From: an uncultured virus (IMG/VR IMGVR_UViG_3300032897_000528)
Taxonomy: Duplodnaviria; Heunggongvirae; Uroviricota; Caudoviricetes
IMG/VR virus record: IMGVR_UViG_3300032897_000528
DNA length: 64,000 nucleotides
Strand: one strand, 5' to 3'
The position numbers and the translations under genes are program-made. Below, in pieces: positions 18,939 through 28,441 of this stretch; the first letter of the stretch is position 1, and every line of letters begins with the position of its first letter. The notes below the pieces were generated by a model, which saw only the letters and a list, made by a program, of their open reading frames with translations, was not told where the DNA came from and did no database searches.

Positions 18939-19678
18939 GTTTTCTCGCTCCTCGCGGCCTCGAGCGCGAATCTCAGCGAGTCTGCGAGCCGCAGCAGCGA
19001 CTGGCACTTCTCGGCCGATTCGGGCAGCTCCTCGAGGACGATCGCCAGGGCGGCGTACGCCCTCGCGACGGGCCGCTCGTGCTCGGGCAGGCCCGCGAAG
19101 ACAAAGCTCTGTAGCACAGAGCTTCGGTAGGGCACGCTGCAGCCGCGCAACAGGGCCTCCACGGCGGAGTCCTCCATCGCGAGCACGTCGGCGAGCAACT
19201 GGTCGAGAGGTATGCCCGGTGACCTCCGCGGAGGGCGCCTGATGGAGCACGACGGGCACTTCAGCGCCTCGCCCATCTCGGCACCGCAGCCGCAGTAGTA
19301 GTGGGCGCTCTCGTGCTGCGACGCTGTGATCTGCTCTGCACGGAGGAGAGACAATTCGGAGGACTGGCGGACTACGAGATCCCTGAGACGCGCCAGCTCC
19401 GCGATGATAGCTTTGCGCCTCCTGGCGTATCTCGGATTTGTCGCATCCGTTATCTCAGACTCAGATCGCAGTTGTAATTCTGCCTCTTCCAGGTCAGTCA
19501 TTTGTACTCCGCAATCGACTCGACTCGACGAGCTTCGGCTGGTGACCTGCTCTGCGCGAAGGCGGGACAACTCAGCAGAGAGGGTAGCCACCTGCTCCGT
19601 CGCGAAGTAGTCCCCAGCGCCCGAGCTCAGTTTTTCAAGGGCAGCTTTCAGAGCAGGTGACGGTTTGGATGACGTCAT
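18935..19678 (-). CDS. Hypothetical coiled-coil/Zn-finger protein
   Basis: Internal repeat ELSRLRAEQVT / ELSLLRAEQIT; CGC..CPSC. Confidence 0.55.
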   Translation of the reverse strand: MTSSKPSPALKAALEKLSSGAGDYFATEQVATLSAELSRLRAEQVTSRSSSSRVDCGVQMTDLEEAELQLRSESEITDATNPRYARRRKAIIAELARLRDLVVRQSSELSLLRAEQITASQHESAHYYCGCGAEMGEALKCPSCSIRRPPRRSPGIPLDQLLADVLAMEDSAVEALLRGCSVPYRSSVLQSFVFAGLPEHERPVARAYAALAIVLEELPESAEKCQSLLRLADSLRFALEAARSEKT

Positions 19679-20289
19679 TTCGGGTCGTCCTCAAAAGCGA
19701 CAGGGAACCATCTCACCAGCTCTGTCCTGAGCAGACCAGCGACTATGCGCATCTGCGGGTGAGCCTTGGGCGACGAGCGCAATCGCAGGAAATGCCTCCA
19801 TTCGCGAGCGTTGGCCGTGACTGCGAGCTCCGTCTTGAGACAAGTTGGTAGCACAGAGCGGGCGAGCTCGGGCGGCTCTCCGGTAGCGAGAAGAGCGAAG
19901 TACGCCTTTTCAGCGGACTCCATCTGTGGAAGCCAGATGTCGTGCGCCGGGCCCAGATGCAACCAGGGTGGCTCGATGACCTGGACGCAGTTTCCGAACG
20001 ACTCCTTGGCGTAGTTGCAGAATCGCGTCGACTCCTGCGAAAAGGAAGCGATCCTGTGCCTGACGGCCTCGTGGGAAACTCCTCGGTCCATCACGATGCG
20101 GAACGACGCCGACACGTGCTCGATCACGGACTCGTGACCTCGGGCCAAGATCATGCGCACGAACGCGTCCGCAGAGTCCTCGGTCATCTTGTGGCTCGAC
20201 TGGTAGCAGATGCGCCCCATCTCCTCGACGACTCGCGCTGGATTGGGCGTGGCTTGAACGAGCACAACTGCAAAGTCTACTGTCTTCAT
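19675..20289 (-). CDS. thyX: FAD-dependent thymidylate synthase
   Basis: GRICY, GHESVIEH, RHRIASFSQESTR, ARSVLP, HFLRLR..AHPQMR. Confidence 0.95.
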   Translation of the reverse strand: MKTVDFAVVLVQATPNPARVVEEMGRICYQSSHKMTEDSADAFVRMILARGHESVIEHVSASFRIVMDRGVSHEAVRHRIASFSQESTRFCNYAKESFGNCVQVIEPPWLHLGPAHDIWLPQMESAEKAYFALLATGEPPELARSVLPTCLKTELAVTANAREWRHFLRLRSSPKAHPQMRIVAGLLRTELVRWFPVAFEDDPK

Positions 20290-20882
20290 GAGCTTCCTTT
20301 GTACTCTTCGATCGACTCGACGAACTTCGGCGAAAAGCCTCGCCTCTTGAGGCCCTCGACGGCCATGACTATGCGAGATCCCAAGCACGCGATGAATCCA
20401 GCGTCGAGATCATCTGACACCAAGACGCTCGACGCTGACTCGGACAGCATGGTGTTAACGTGTATAGAGCTCCCCGGCTCCCCTCCTCGCCGGAAGTCCG
20501 TACGGTAGAGGACAATCGGCCTCTTCTCGAGCGCGAAGCCGCACTCGAACGAGGTCCCCGAGTCAGCGTCCGGGCCGTCGGCGCAAGCGACGACGACGTC
20601 GGACCACAGTATCCCCTGGAGACACTGCCTGAAGATCATCCCCGAGTTCTTGGTGTAGATGCCCACCACTTCCTGGGGTAAGAACACGGCGCACCTGTTG
20701 CGGCGGAGGTAGGCGCAGAGCTCGGCGTTCCACGCTCGCTCGGCCGCCGTGAAGAGCGGACCGGCCATGTACACCTTGGCGATGACGGTTGACTGTCGGG
20801 CGATCTTCTTCATCACAGCTCCCAATCGTCTTTCAATTCTTTCCCATAGGTCGTCCCCGAGAGATCCACTCAGCCCGCTCAT
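20286..20882 (-). CDS. Nucleoside 2-deoxyribosyltransferase / dNMP N-glycosidase family
   Basis: VYMAGPLF, FLPQE, DG..ADSGTSFECGFA; start codon uncertain. Confidence 0.85.
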   Translation of the reverse strand: MSGLSGSLGDDLWERIERRLGAVMKKIARQSTVIAKVYMAGPLFTAAERAWNAELCAYLRRNRCAVFLPQEVVGIYTKNSGMIFRQCLQGILWSDVVVACADGPDADSGTSFECGFALEKRPIVLYRTDFRRGGEPGSSIHVNTMLSESASSVLVSDDLDAGFIACLGSRIVMAVEGLKRRGFSPKFVESIEEYKGSS

Positions 20883-21053
20883 CTGCCAGCACCTCTCGTT
20901 CTGCCTCTGAGCACTGACGACACAGAACTGGACGTTTAGGGTGCATGTTGAACGACCATCCGTGCTCGATAGCTTGGTCAGTGGTGTCATAAAATGGGCG
21001 TCTGCACATCGATGCGGAGCAAACGATCTTCTTCATCGCGCCGGTTCCCACGT

Positions 21054-21383
21054 CTAACCTCCCCTCAGGACCTTCTCCACGACGGAGATGAGCTCGCGGA
21101 CTTCCTGCAGTACAGCGTCTGCGGCCGCCTCGGGCTTGGTCATCTTGCTCGCCGCCACCTCGGCGAAGAAGTGCGGTGCGAGCAGCACGGCCCCCCTCGG
21201 GTACCGGTCGGCGTAGGCCAGGAGCACCCGCACGGCGTCGCTCGCTCCCCTCTCATCGAGCACCCCGCGGAGGCGAGACGAGCGATCTCCCACGGAAGTC
21301 GCCGCCTCCAGCTCCGCTGCTCGCACGGACACCTCGTGGTCGGCCATCCTCGTCACTCTCTTGCTGGGAGACATATTTCGCAC
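21054..21383 (-). CDS. Hypothetical protein (RVLLAYADRYPRG family)
   Basis: Paralog of the N-terminal half of 21385..21864. Confidence 0.6.
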   Translation of the reverse strand: MRNMSPSKRVTRMADHEVSVRAAELEAATSVGDRSSRLRGVLDERGASDAVRVLLAYADRYPRGAVLLAPHFFAEVAASKMTKPEAAADAVLQEVRELISVVEKVLRGG

Positions 21384-21384
21384 C

Positions 21385-21864
21385 TCAGTTCAGGTATTTG
21401 CCCACGGACCGAGACGAGCGCCCGCGCTGCAGATCTCTCGCGTCCCTGCAGAGCCAGCACAGGCCGGCGTAGCTCGACCCCGCCAAGAACCCCAAGACCC
21501 AGTTGGGGCAGAACACCGCAGGATATTCGGCTCCCGGCGCGTAATCAGCCGTCGCTGCCTCGTAGGCGACAATCACCACGACGAGCGTGTAGACCACGAG
21601 CAGGACGGCGCAGAAGGTCCTCACAGCGATCTCCTGTTCCCCAAGATCGCCCGGGCCTGCGCCACCTCGGAGAGCTTCGCCCCCCCTCGGGTACCGGTCG
21701 GCGTAGGCGAGAAGCACCCGCAGGGAGTCGTCGAGCCCCCTCTCAACTCGGATGCTGCGGAGCTGAGCCGACCTCTCCGTCACGGTCATAGTTGACTCCA
21801 GCCGGGCGACGTGCTCGAAGATCTCGTGGTCGAACAACTCGATATTCTTCCTGTCGGCAGGCAT
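21385..21864 (-). CDS. Chimeric ORF: RVLLAYADRYPRG protein fused to duplicated membrane gene
   Basis: 3' half is a near-exact copy of 22588-22802. Confidence 0.55.
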   Translation of the reverse strand: MPADRKNIELFDHEIFEHVARLESTMTVTERSAQLRSIRVERGLDDSLRVLLAYADRYPRGGEALRGGAGPGDLGEQEIAVRTFCAVLLVVYTLVVVIVAYEAATADYAPGAEYPAVFCPNWVLGFLAGSSYAGLCWLCRDARDLQRGRSSRSVGKYLN

Positions 21865-21865
21865 C

Positions 21866-22495
21866 TCACTCCTGTTTGGCTGCCGACCTCTTGGAGGCCG
21901 ACAGACGTGCTAGGCTGACTCGAACCCCGAACGGCTCTGCCACTATGAAGCTGGCTGCGCAGTCGTCGCTCTCGCAGACTACCGTCTGTCCGCTCCAGTC
22001 ATATTCAGTCGCGCACTTGAGTCGCGACCCACAGTCGGGGCAGAGGCCTTCCCGCAGCCGATCGTTCTCCCTCGAGGTGCAGGGGCTCCCGACGGCTGAC
22101 CTCTGCTCTCCACTGGAGTCGACGGCTAGCGTCCGAATTGTGTCGTGAGCGTCTCGCGCGATCTCTTCCAGACCACCTCGGATGAACATCGACAGTAGCC
22201 AGGACAGGCCCACAAACTCGACGACTGCGCAAGTGATCACCACCTTGATCCCCCAGGAGGTCGGCGGCAGTCTGAACCACTCTCGGCCGAGCTCGCATGC
22301 GGAAACCGCCGTGCAGGTGACGATCGCAGCGTACAGCATCCTCGCGACGTGCCTCCCCCTCCACAGGACCTTCATTCTAGTTCGCATGATTTGAGACTTC
22401 TCAGTTGCGGAAACCGCCGTGCAGGTGACGAACGCGGCGTACAGCATCCTCGCGACGTGCCTCCACCTCCACAGGACCTTCATTCTAGTTCGCAT
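21866..22495 (-). CDS. Membrane protein with duplicated N-terminus and C-terminal Zn finger
   Basis: MRTRMKVLWR.RHVARMLYAA occurs twice; CPDC..C....C. Confidence 0.6.
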   Translation of the reverse strand: MRTRMKVLWRWRHVARMLYAAFVTCTAVSATEKSQIMRTRMKVLWRGRHVARMLYAAIVTCTAVSACELGREWFRLPPTSWGIKVVITCAVVEFVGLSWLLSMFIRGGLEEIARDAHDTIRTLAVDSSGEQRSAVGSPCTSRENDRLREGLCPDCGSRLKCATEYDWSGQTVVCESDDCAASFIVAEPFGVRVSLARLSASKRSAAKQE

Positions 22496-22506
22496 GATTT
22501 GAGACT
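22298..22506. repeat. Tandem duplication with 108-bp period
   Basis: 22298-22398 vs 22406-22506, few mismatches. Confidence 0.92.
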
Positions 22507-22734
22507 CCTCACCGATTCAACCCTAACCAGTCGACCCTCTCGAGGGTGGCGGGACCGGTAGAGGTAGGCGAGCCCCGCGAACCCCAGCCCCGCCAAGAAC
22601 CCCAAGACCCAGTTGGGGCAGAACACCGCAGGATATTCGGCTCCCGGCGCGTAATCAGCCGTCGTTGCCTCGTAGGCGACAATCACCACGACGAGCGTGT
22701 AGACCACGAGCAGGACGGCGCAGAAGGTCCTCAC
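22480..22734 (-). CDS. Small two-TM membrane protein
   Basis: Two hydrophobic segments; GTGA coupling to the glycosyltransferase. Confidence 0.55.
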   Translation of the reverse strand: MRTFCAVLLVVYTLVVVIVAYEATTADYAPGAEYPAVFCPNWVLGFLAGLGFAGLAYLYRSRHPREGRLVRVESVRSLKSCELE

Positions 22735-23822
22735 AGCGATCTCCTGTTCCCCAAGATCGCCCGGGCCCGCGCCAGCTCGGAGAGCTTCGCTCCCCGCGGG
22801 TAGCAGAGACCCTCATTGTGCTTAACAGCGTCGCGCAGGTACTGGCGCCAGTTGGGGGGTCCGCCCTCGCGGGCGTAGTAGAGGGCGAGCAGGATCTCCG
22901 CCCTGGCGCACCCGAGCTCGGCGGAGCACGAGTACGCCTCAGCGACGGCCTGCCTCCCACGACCAAACTTCTCGCTGCACCTTCCCATTATGAGGTGAGC
23001 CCAGGCGGCGTCAGGGGCACATAATGACAGCCCCCGAAAGTTACCCACGAAGATCAAGATCGGCAGCCACGGGTCGACGTCCACCGCCTCGTCGGCCAAG
23101 TACATGCACAGGTGCGCGCTCGGGGCCTCGTCAGCCGACTCGAGGCGCTCGTACTCGCGGAGCAGCGTCTTGAAGTTCCGGTGCGGCAGCCTCGCCCCAC
23201 GCCCCGCGCTGTCCCGCCGATCGTGAAATACTGCAACGTCGCCACCGACGTAGATCCAGTTCGTCGTCTTCCGGAGATGGTCCACGTTCTCGTGGCACAC
23301 TTCCGAAAACCTCACGCGGGGCTCGTTTCGCCAGAAGCGCGTGTAGCACTCGACTCGGTCCATGCTGTCATGGCCCCACACGTGGTAGGGACAGGCAGCC
23401 GCCACGACGCCTCGTCCGCACAAGTGCGTGGTCAGCCTGGCGACGTCCTCTTGCGTCCCCTCGTACACGTCGTCCGCGTCGAGCTTGCAGACATAGTCGC
23501 CAGTGCAGAGGTCGAGCCCGAGGTTGCGGGCGGCCGCGAAGTCGCGCAGGAGGGGCAGCCCCGTAAAAGTAGAGTCGAACTTGCGGCGCCACGACGACGG
23601 GACGTCAGGGAAGAAGAGATCTGGCCGAGAGAGGGGGCTTATGGCCACGCCGCTGCATCCGATCTTGAGGGCGTCGCATGCCCGCTTGATGATGTCGGGA
23701 GTGTTATCAATGGACCCCGTGTCGACGAACACGACCTCAGTAGCGAAGCAGGCCACCGATCGGACGGCCCGCTCGACGACGGCGGCCCCGTCGCGAACCA
23801 GCATGTGCACCGAGATCGTCAC
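22731..23822 (-). CDS. GT2 glycosyltransferase with TPR-like C-terminus
   Basis: VFVDTGSIDNT, DFAAARN, LDADD, VCHE. Confidence 0.85.
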   Translation of the reverse strand: MTISVHMLVRDGAAVVERAVRSVACFATEVVFVDTGSIDNTPDIIKRACDALKIGCSGVAISPLSRPDLFFPDVPSSWRRKFDSTFTGLPLLRDFAAARNLGLDLCTGDYVCKLDADDVYEGTQEDVARLTTHLCGRGVVAAACPYHVWGHDSMDRVECYTRFWRNEPRVRFSEVCHENVDHLRKTTNWIYVGGDVAVFHDRRDSAGRGARLPHRNFKTLLREYERLESADEAPSAHLCMYLADEAVDVDPWLPILIFVGNFRGLSLCAPDAAWAHLIMGRCSEKFGRGRQAVAEAYSCSAELGCARAEILLALYYAREGGPPNWRQYLRDAVKHNEGLCYPRGAKLSELARARAILGNRRSL

Positions 23823-24334
23823 GTCTTCTCCGTTCTCATCCCCAAGATCTGGTAGGGATCAGCTTTCTGGCACTCCTCGATTCGCTGAGCCCTGACCAGC
23901 TCGGCGACGAAGTCGAGGAGAGCTTCGCGCGAGATCGTCATCTCCACATTCGTTGGTGACACAGTGAATAACTTCGTGGCAGCATATCTCCTGTTGAGGA
24001 AGTAGGACTCGAGACCGTACTCCTGAGAGGTCAGGTAGGTCGTATCACAGTCTCGCTGAGCAGCACTGGCGATAGCCTGCAGAGTCGACTCGACCTCCTC
24101 TGCAGAGCCATCCCCCACTTCCCAGGAGTCGAGATCATGATCGACTGCTCGCTCCTCTCCCTGAGCCGTCTTGTAGTGGGAGAGCTTCAGCCGGATGCAC
24201 CTACCTGACAGCTGCCGGCGGAGCCACCCCTCGACCTGCTGAATTATTGGCCCGAGCTGCATCCTCACGACGCGGACGTCGCCCGAGACGCCATCATCGT
24301 AAAACAAGAAGCTCCCTGACTGGTATGGTCGCAT
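23819..24334 (-). CDS. Hypothetical protein (paralog family B)
   Basis: AAQRDCD..YGLESY resembles 36565..36987; GGAG ribosome-binding site. Confidence 0.55.
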   Translation of the reverse strand: MRPYQSGSFLFYDDGVSGDVRVVRMQLGPIIQQVEGWLRRQLSGRCIRLKLSHYKTAQGEERAVDHDLDSWEVGDGSAEEVESTLQAIASAAQRDCDTTYLTSQEYGLESYFLNRRYAATKLFTVSPTNVEMTISREALLDFVAELVRAQRIEECQKADPYQILGMRTEKT

Positions 24335-24336
24335 GG

Positions 24337-25008
24337 CTACTCCTTCGTCTCCACGAAGAACGTATCGACGATGTGGATCTTGTACCCGAGTCCCCTGGTG
24401 ATGTACTGCGGGACGAGACCCCCGCCGGACGAGACGAGCTCTCGAGCCATCGCCAGGTCGTCGTGGCGGCACTGGTGCCACACAACGGAGTAGAGGTGCT
24501 GGCAGAAGGACTCCTCTCCTGCCGACCTCGGCACCTCGGACAGCGGCTCGAGGTCCTCGATGTTCTTGACTGACAGCACCTCGCTTGGGTGAACAGGGTC
24601 CAACTTCAAGAACCTACGTCTGACTGCAATCCAGTGGTCAAGATCTTCGAGACGAGAGTGGCGCAGCAGGGACTCGAGGAGCTGCCAGGCGGTGAAATAC
24701 TTGGACGAGCGGAGATCTTCGAGAGTCACGCAGTAGTCTTTGAGCTCCGAGGCCAGGTCTAGGGCGTGGATCTCCAAGGCCCGTCCGACGTTCCGGAACA
24801 CATACCACCCTCGCTCCGGATCGTCGCCACCCCGAGTACTTCGGCACACGCGGAAAAAGCCCTCGTCGATAGTGCCGTTCACGATCTCGAGGTCAGCCGA
24901 CCTCACCTTGCTGAGCCTCGAGACTGCCCCGAGCACGTTACCGCGCGTGAACATGCTAAACGTCACGTGGGCTCCCGGTCTCGGTCTACCGCCCACAAGA
25001 ACGGACAC
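24337..25008 (-). CDS. Hypothetical protein
   Basis: 223 aa, fits operon packing. Confidence 0.5.
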   Translation of the reverse strand: MSVLVGGRPRPGAHVTFSMFTRGNVLGAVSRLSKVRSADLEIVNGTIDEGFFRVCRSTRGGDDPERGWYVFRNVGRALEIHALDLASELKDYCVTLEDLRSSKYFTAWQLLESLLRHSRLEDLDHWIAVRRRFLKLDPVHPSEVLSVKNIEDLEPLSEVPRSAGEESFCQHLYSVVWHQCRHDDLAMARELVSSGGGLVPQYITRGLGYKIHIVDTFFVETKE

Positions 25009-25814
25009 GCCAGCCTGAGAGCGAGCGTCCCGCCCGTCCCCAGGACGGACTCGGCGACCCCCGCGACCACGGCCAGGAGCAGGAGCGGGACCGTCGCCGC
25101 CACCACGGCGTAGTAGGTGACCTTTCGTCGCATGGGCTTCATCCTATCACCACAGAGTAGCAAATTGCAACCGCAGAGAATAGAGTGTCAAAGACGCGGG
25201 CGACTAGGCTGCGTCATCCGGGTCATCGTCATCGTCGCCGAGGTCCGGCACCCGCAGCCCGACGAGCCCTGATCGCTTTGACCGTGAGGCAGCCTGATCG
25301 CGCCTCTCGGCCGACTCGAGGGCCTCGAGCCTCGCGGGGCAGGTGGTCCACCTCGAGGTCGTGCAGTCGGTCACGTCGCAGTCCTCGCATCCCTCCATGT
25401 CGCGCGGCAGGGGCCTTATGCGCTTCGAGACGGCACCGAATATCCGGCCCGGCAACTCAGTCAGGTACTTCAGCATGGAGATCCTCCTAGCAGACCATTG
25501 GTCACCCGCTCGGCCGCCCTCGCGGCGGCGTAGAGACACTTCCTGCCAACTGGCGAAACGTCTCGTCTCTGACATAGGATATCTTGCCTCTGACAAAGGA
25601 CGAGATCTCTTCGCCGATGAGCTTTTCGAGAGATATGCAGAGATCGTCAAAAGCCGTGCGGAGAGCAACTTCAGCGAGAATCTCGTACTGACTCAATCCG
25701 TGAGCATCCCAGGCTAGCGGGAAGCCCGTCAACTTTCCCGCCTCCCGCCCTGACTGAACTTTCTTTGCCATTGCCATCGCTACTCTCGTGATCACGTCGC
25801 GCATGAGATCTCCT

Positions 25815-27011
25815 TCAGCAGACGATGGTCACTCGATCGGCTGCCCTCGTGACGGCGGTGTAGAGCCACTCCCTGCGGCCCTGCCCGCGCCACTCGTCGA
25901 CTATGACGACGTGGTCCCACTCGGAGCCCTGCGCCTTGTGGACCGTGAGGGCGTAGCCGTAGTCGAGCTCGTTCGCGAGCCGCCTCTCTCCGGGATCCAT
26001 CTCCACGGGACCCCCCTCGAAGAACTTCTTGTGGGCGAAGCATCGCACGATCGTCCTCTCGTCGTCGCGCAGGGCGAGCTCGAGGTACGATGTCCTGACG
26101 CACGCGCGTACGACTGTGAAGATCTGGCCGTTGAGCAGGCCGTCCTCGTAGTTGTTCCGCAGGCAGACGAGCTTGTCGCCCGACACCGGCATGTCGCGTA
26201 CGCGACCAGCTCGCTTCCGCATGCGGTCGTTGCACATGCGCCTCGTGCTGTTCATGCCGACCAGCACCTGGTCTGACCCGAGCATCATGTCCACGAGCTC
26301 GTTGCTGAATTTCTGCGGGCCTTGCATGACCCTGCTCGTGCCGTAGGTCCCTATGGGGATCTCCTTACCCTCGCGCACTATGGTAGCGAGGTGGATGACG
26401 GGGCTCTCCTGCGCCTGGCGGTGCACCTCGGTGAGCAGGTAGTCCGGAGCGCCGTCGAAGTAGCACCTGCCCTTGACGGGAGGGAGCTGTCCCGGGTCGC
26501 CGAGCGCCAGCACCGGGCACCCGAACGACAGGAGATCTTCCCCCACCTGACGATCCACCATGCTGTACTCGTCGACCACGACGAGCGAGGCCGTATTGAG
26601 CACGCTGTCGAGGTTCAGGTGGAAGTCGGGCCTCGCCAGGTTCTGCTGCTCGGCCGCGATCTCAGCCTCGACCTTGGCTATCTCGGCGGCCGGCCTCGGC
26701 AACCTCCTCTCGAGCTGAACCTTCTGCAGTCGCAGATCACGCAGGTGATCGTCGCACTTGTCCCTGGGGACGTAGATGAGCCGGTGGATCGTGCTGGCGG
26801 TGGGCACCCCCTTCCGCCGCAGCACCAAGGCCGCCTTGCCCGTGTAGGCAGCGAAGTAGACCTGCCCGGGCCAGCTCGCCACCAGGTGGCGGGCCAGCGT
26901 CGTCTTGCCCGTGCCGGCGTAGCCGGCGAGGCAGAAGTACGGCCGGTCGCGAGCCTTGCGCCAGGCCTCGACTTGGCGCAGTGCCTCTTCCTGCTGTCTC
27001 GACCACTTCAT
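25815..27011 (-). CDS. SF1B helicase, Dda/RecD2-like
   Basis: GYAGTGKT, VDEYSMV, GDPGQLPPV, LTEVHRQ, TVHKAQGSEW, LYTAVTRA. Confidence 0.92.
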   Translation of the reverse strand: MKWSRQQEEALRQVEAWRKARDRPYFCLAGYAGTGKTTLARHLVASWPGQVYFAAYTGKAALVLRRKGVPTASTIHRLIYVPRDKCDDHLRDLRLQKVQLERRLPRPAAEIAKVEAEIAAEQQNLARPDFHLNLDSVLNTASLVVVDEYSMVDRQVGEDLLSFGCPVLALGDPGQLPPVKGRCYFDGAPDYLLTEVHRQAQESPVIHLATIVREGKEIPIGTYGTSRVMQGPQKFSNELVDMMLGSDQVLVGMNSTRRMCNDRMRKRAGRVRDMPVSGDKLVCLRNNYEDGLLNGQIFTVVRACVRTSYLELALRDDERTIVRCFAHKKFFEGGPVEMDPGERRLANELDYGYALTVHKAQGSEWDHVVIVDEWRGQGRREWLYTAVTRAADRVTIVC

Positions 27012-27019
27012 AACCAGTG

Positions 27020-27048
27020 ATACTAGCCCAGCCAGAAGATAGTGTCAA
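27020..27048 (-). promoter_or_regulatory. Sigma70-like promoter TTGACA-17-TAGTAT, leaderless
   Basis: 8 nt from -10 to helicase ATG; no Shine-Dalgarno. Confidence 0.6.
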
Positions 27049-27190
27049 ACATAAAAAAGCTCAACCGTCTCGCGGGCGCGGCTCACTTACCTCGCTCGCC
27101 GCGCTTGCCTTCACGATCTTGATCGTCCTCCTCAGGGTCACGTTCCGGTCGTCTCTCGTCATGTTGAGTCTCCTCTTTCAATCAGATCGG

Positions 27191-28048
27191 TTATCGTCCC
27201 TCGAGCTTCGCCTTCTTATCAACCGATGTCAGAATCGTCCATGCAGTTGCAGCCACTGCCGGAACCTGACCGTTTCCAATGGCTCTAAGTCGGTCCATCC
27301 GAGAGGCCACCCCATTAGCCACTCTACCCACGTCGGGTTCAATTGACCACCAACTCGAGTCGGTAAATCGTCGTCGCACCTCGGGCGCTCTTTCCCCAGC
27401 GACCGAGTCGATGGTCCCTTGTAATCCGTGGCATTCGGAGTAGGCCACGTGTTGTTCTTGGCCATTGACGCCAGCGATTCCCTTGTCTTGCCGACTCTCC
27501 CAGCAGCACCCCCGCGGTTGCTCCCGTAACTGCACGCCGACAGAGTGGGCAACAACCCACATTCGTTTTCGTAAGTGTGGAGCACCAACCTCTCTCGCGG
27601 AAAGCACCATCCACTCCGCATCGTACCCGAGGACGGCAAGATCTTTGAGGACTCGCACAAGTCCATGACCGCGCAGGAGGGGAGAGTTTTCGATAAACGC
27701 AAACCTTGGTTTAACCTCTCCGATGATCCTGGCGTATTCTCTCCACAATCCGCTGCGTTTTCCTGAGATCCCTGTCTTTTTTCCAGCTGCGCTAATGTCC
27801 TGACACGGGAATCCTCCACTGATGACGTCAACTCGTCCTCGCCATGGTTTTCCGTCGAACGTGCACACGTCGTCCCAGATTGGGAACCGCGGCAATATCC
27901 CGTCTCGCTGTCTGCTGAGCAGGATGCTCCGGCAGTAGGGATCAATCTCAACAGCACAGACGGTGCGCCATCCAAGGAGTTTTCCTCCCAAGATGCCTCC
28001 CCCTGCCCCAGCAAATAGTGCCAACTCATTCAGAAGTTCTCCGACCAT
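27191..28048 (-). CDS. C5-cytosine DNA methyltransferase, catalytic (alpha-type) polypeptide
   Basis: LFAGAGG (I), GGFPCQDIS (IV), IENSP (VI), PHLRKR (VIII), RAIGNGQVP (X); motif IX absent. Confidence 0.9.
   Translation of the reverse strand: MVGELLNELALFAGAGGGILGGKLLGWRTVCAVEIDPYCRSILLSRQRDGILPRFPIWDDVCTFDGKPWRGRVDVISGGFPCQDISAAGKKTGISGKRSGLWREYARIIGEVKPRFAFIENSPLLRGHGLVRVLKDLAVLGYDAEWMVLSAREVGAPHLRKRMWVVAHSVGVQLREQPRGCCWESRQDKGIAGVNGQEQHVAYSECHGLQGTIDSVAGERAPEVRRRFTDSSWWSIEPDVGRVANGVASRMDRLRAIGNGQVPAVAATAWTILTSVDKKAKLEGR
27229..28029 (-). CDS. Overlapping alternative-frame (beta-type) methyltransferase polypeptide
   Basis: Same strand, nested, 266 codons open; LLPTLSA, WPTPNATD, LNPTWVEWLMGWPLGWT (motif IX-like). 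Confidence 0.75.
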   Translation of the reverse strand: MSWHYLLGQGEASWEENSLDGAPSVLLRLIPTAGASCSADSETGYCRGSQSGTTCARSTENHGEDELTSSVEDSRVRTLAQLEKRQGSQENAADCGENTPGSSERLNQGLRLSKTLPSCAVMDLCESSKILPSSGTMRSGWCFPRERLVLHTYENECGLLPTLSACSYGSNRGGAAGRVGKTRESLASMAKNNTWPTPNATDYKGPSTRSLGKERPRCDDDLPTRVGGQLNPTWVEWLMGWPLGWTDLEPLETVRFRQWLQLHGRF

Positions 28049-28075
28049 GATTAAATACTACTTGGGTCTCCTCTC

Positions 28076-28441
28076 TCAACCAGGTGAGTGTCTCATCCTG
28101 GCGGCCACCGATCTTATCCCCCTCGGATCGGGCGAGTAGGCCCAGGCCACCAGCGCCAAGTGGCGGCGAGTCGGGCGCCTGAGCGCCTCGGCCCGACTGT
28201 CGTAAAGGGGTTCATCGTTGGCGACGAGCTGGGCCATGTGGCGGGCGATGAAGGCGCAACGGCGCTGCCGCCACTTGGCGGGGAGCCGGCGCGCGTCTCC
28301 GCCCGAGCGCCGGTAGGCGCTCAAGAACCCCCGGGGAGATCGCGCGATCTCCGAGACCCCGAGCTCCTTCATCAGGGGCACGAGCGCCTCGACAGTGGTC
28401 AAGTCCAAAAACTCGTGGTCGGTATCAGCCTTCTGGTTCAT
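28076..28441 (-). CDS. Hypothetical basic protein
   Basis: GGAGG ribosome-binding site; GVSEIARSPRGF..FIARHMAQ..PTRRHLALVAWAYSP. Confidence 0.65.
   Translation of the reverse strand: MNQKADTDHEFLDLTTVEALVPLMKELGVSEIARSPRGFLSAYRRSGGDARRLPAKWRQRRCAFIARHMAQLVANDEPLYDSRAEALRRPTRRHLALVAWAYSPDPRGIRSVAARMRHSPG

Larger units (their letters stand above)
21478..22802. repeat. About 215-bp direct repeat pair (21478-21693 and 22588-22802)
   Basis: Near-identical sequence at 1110-bp offset. Confidence 0.92.

Noticed and set aside
21478..22802. Diversity-generating retroelement TR/VR pair
   Set aside because: No reverse transcriptase recognised, and mismatches are few and not adenine-specific.
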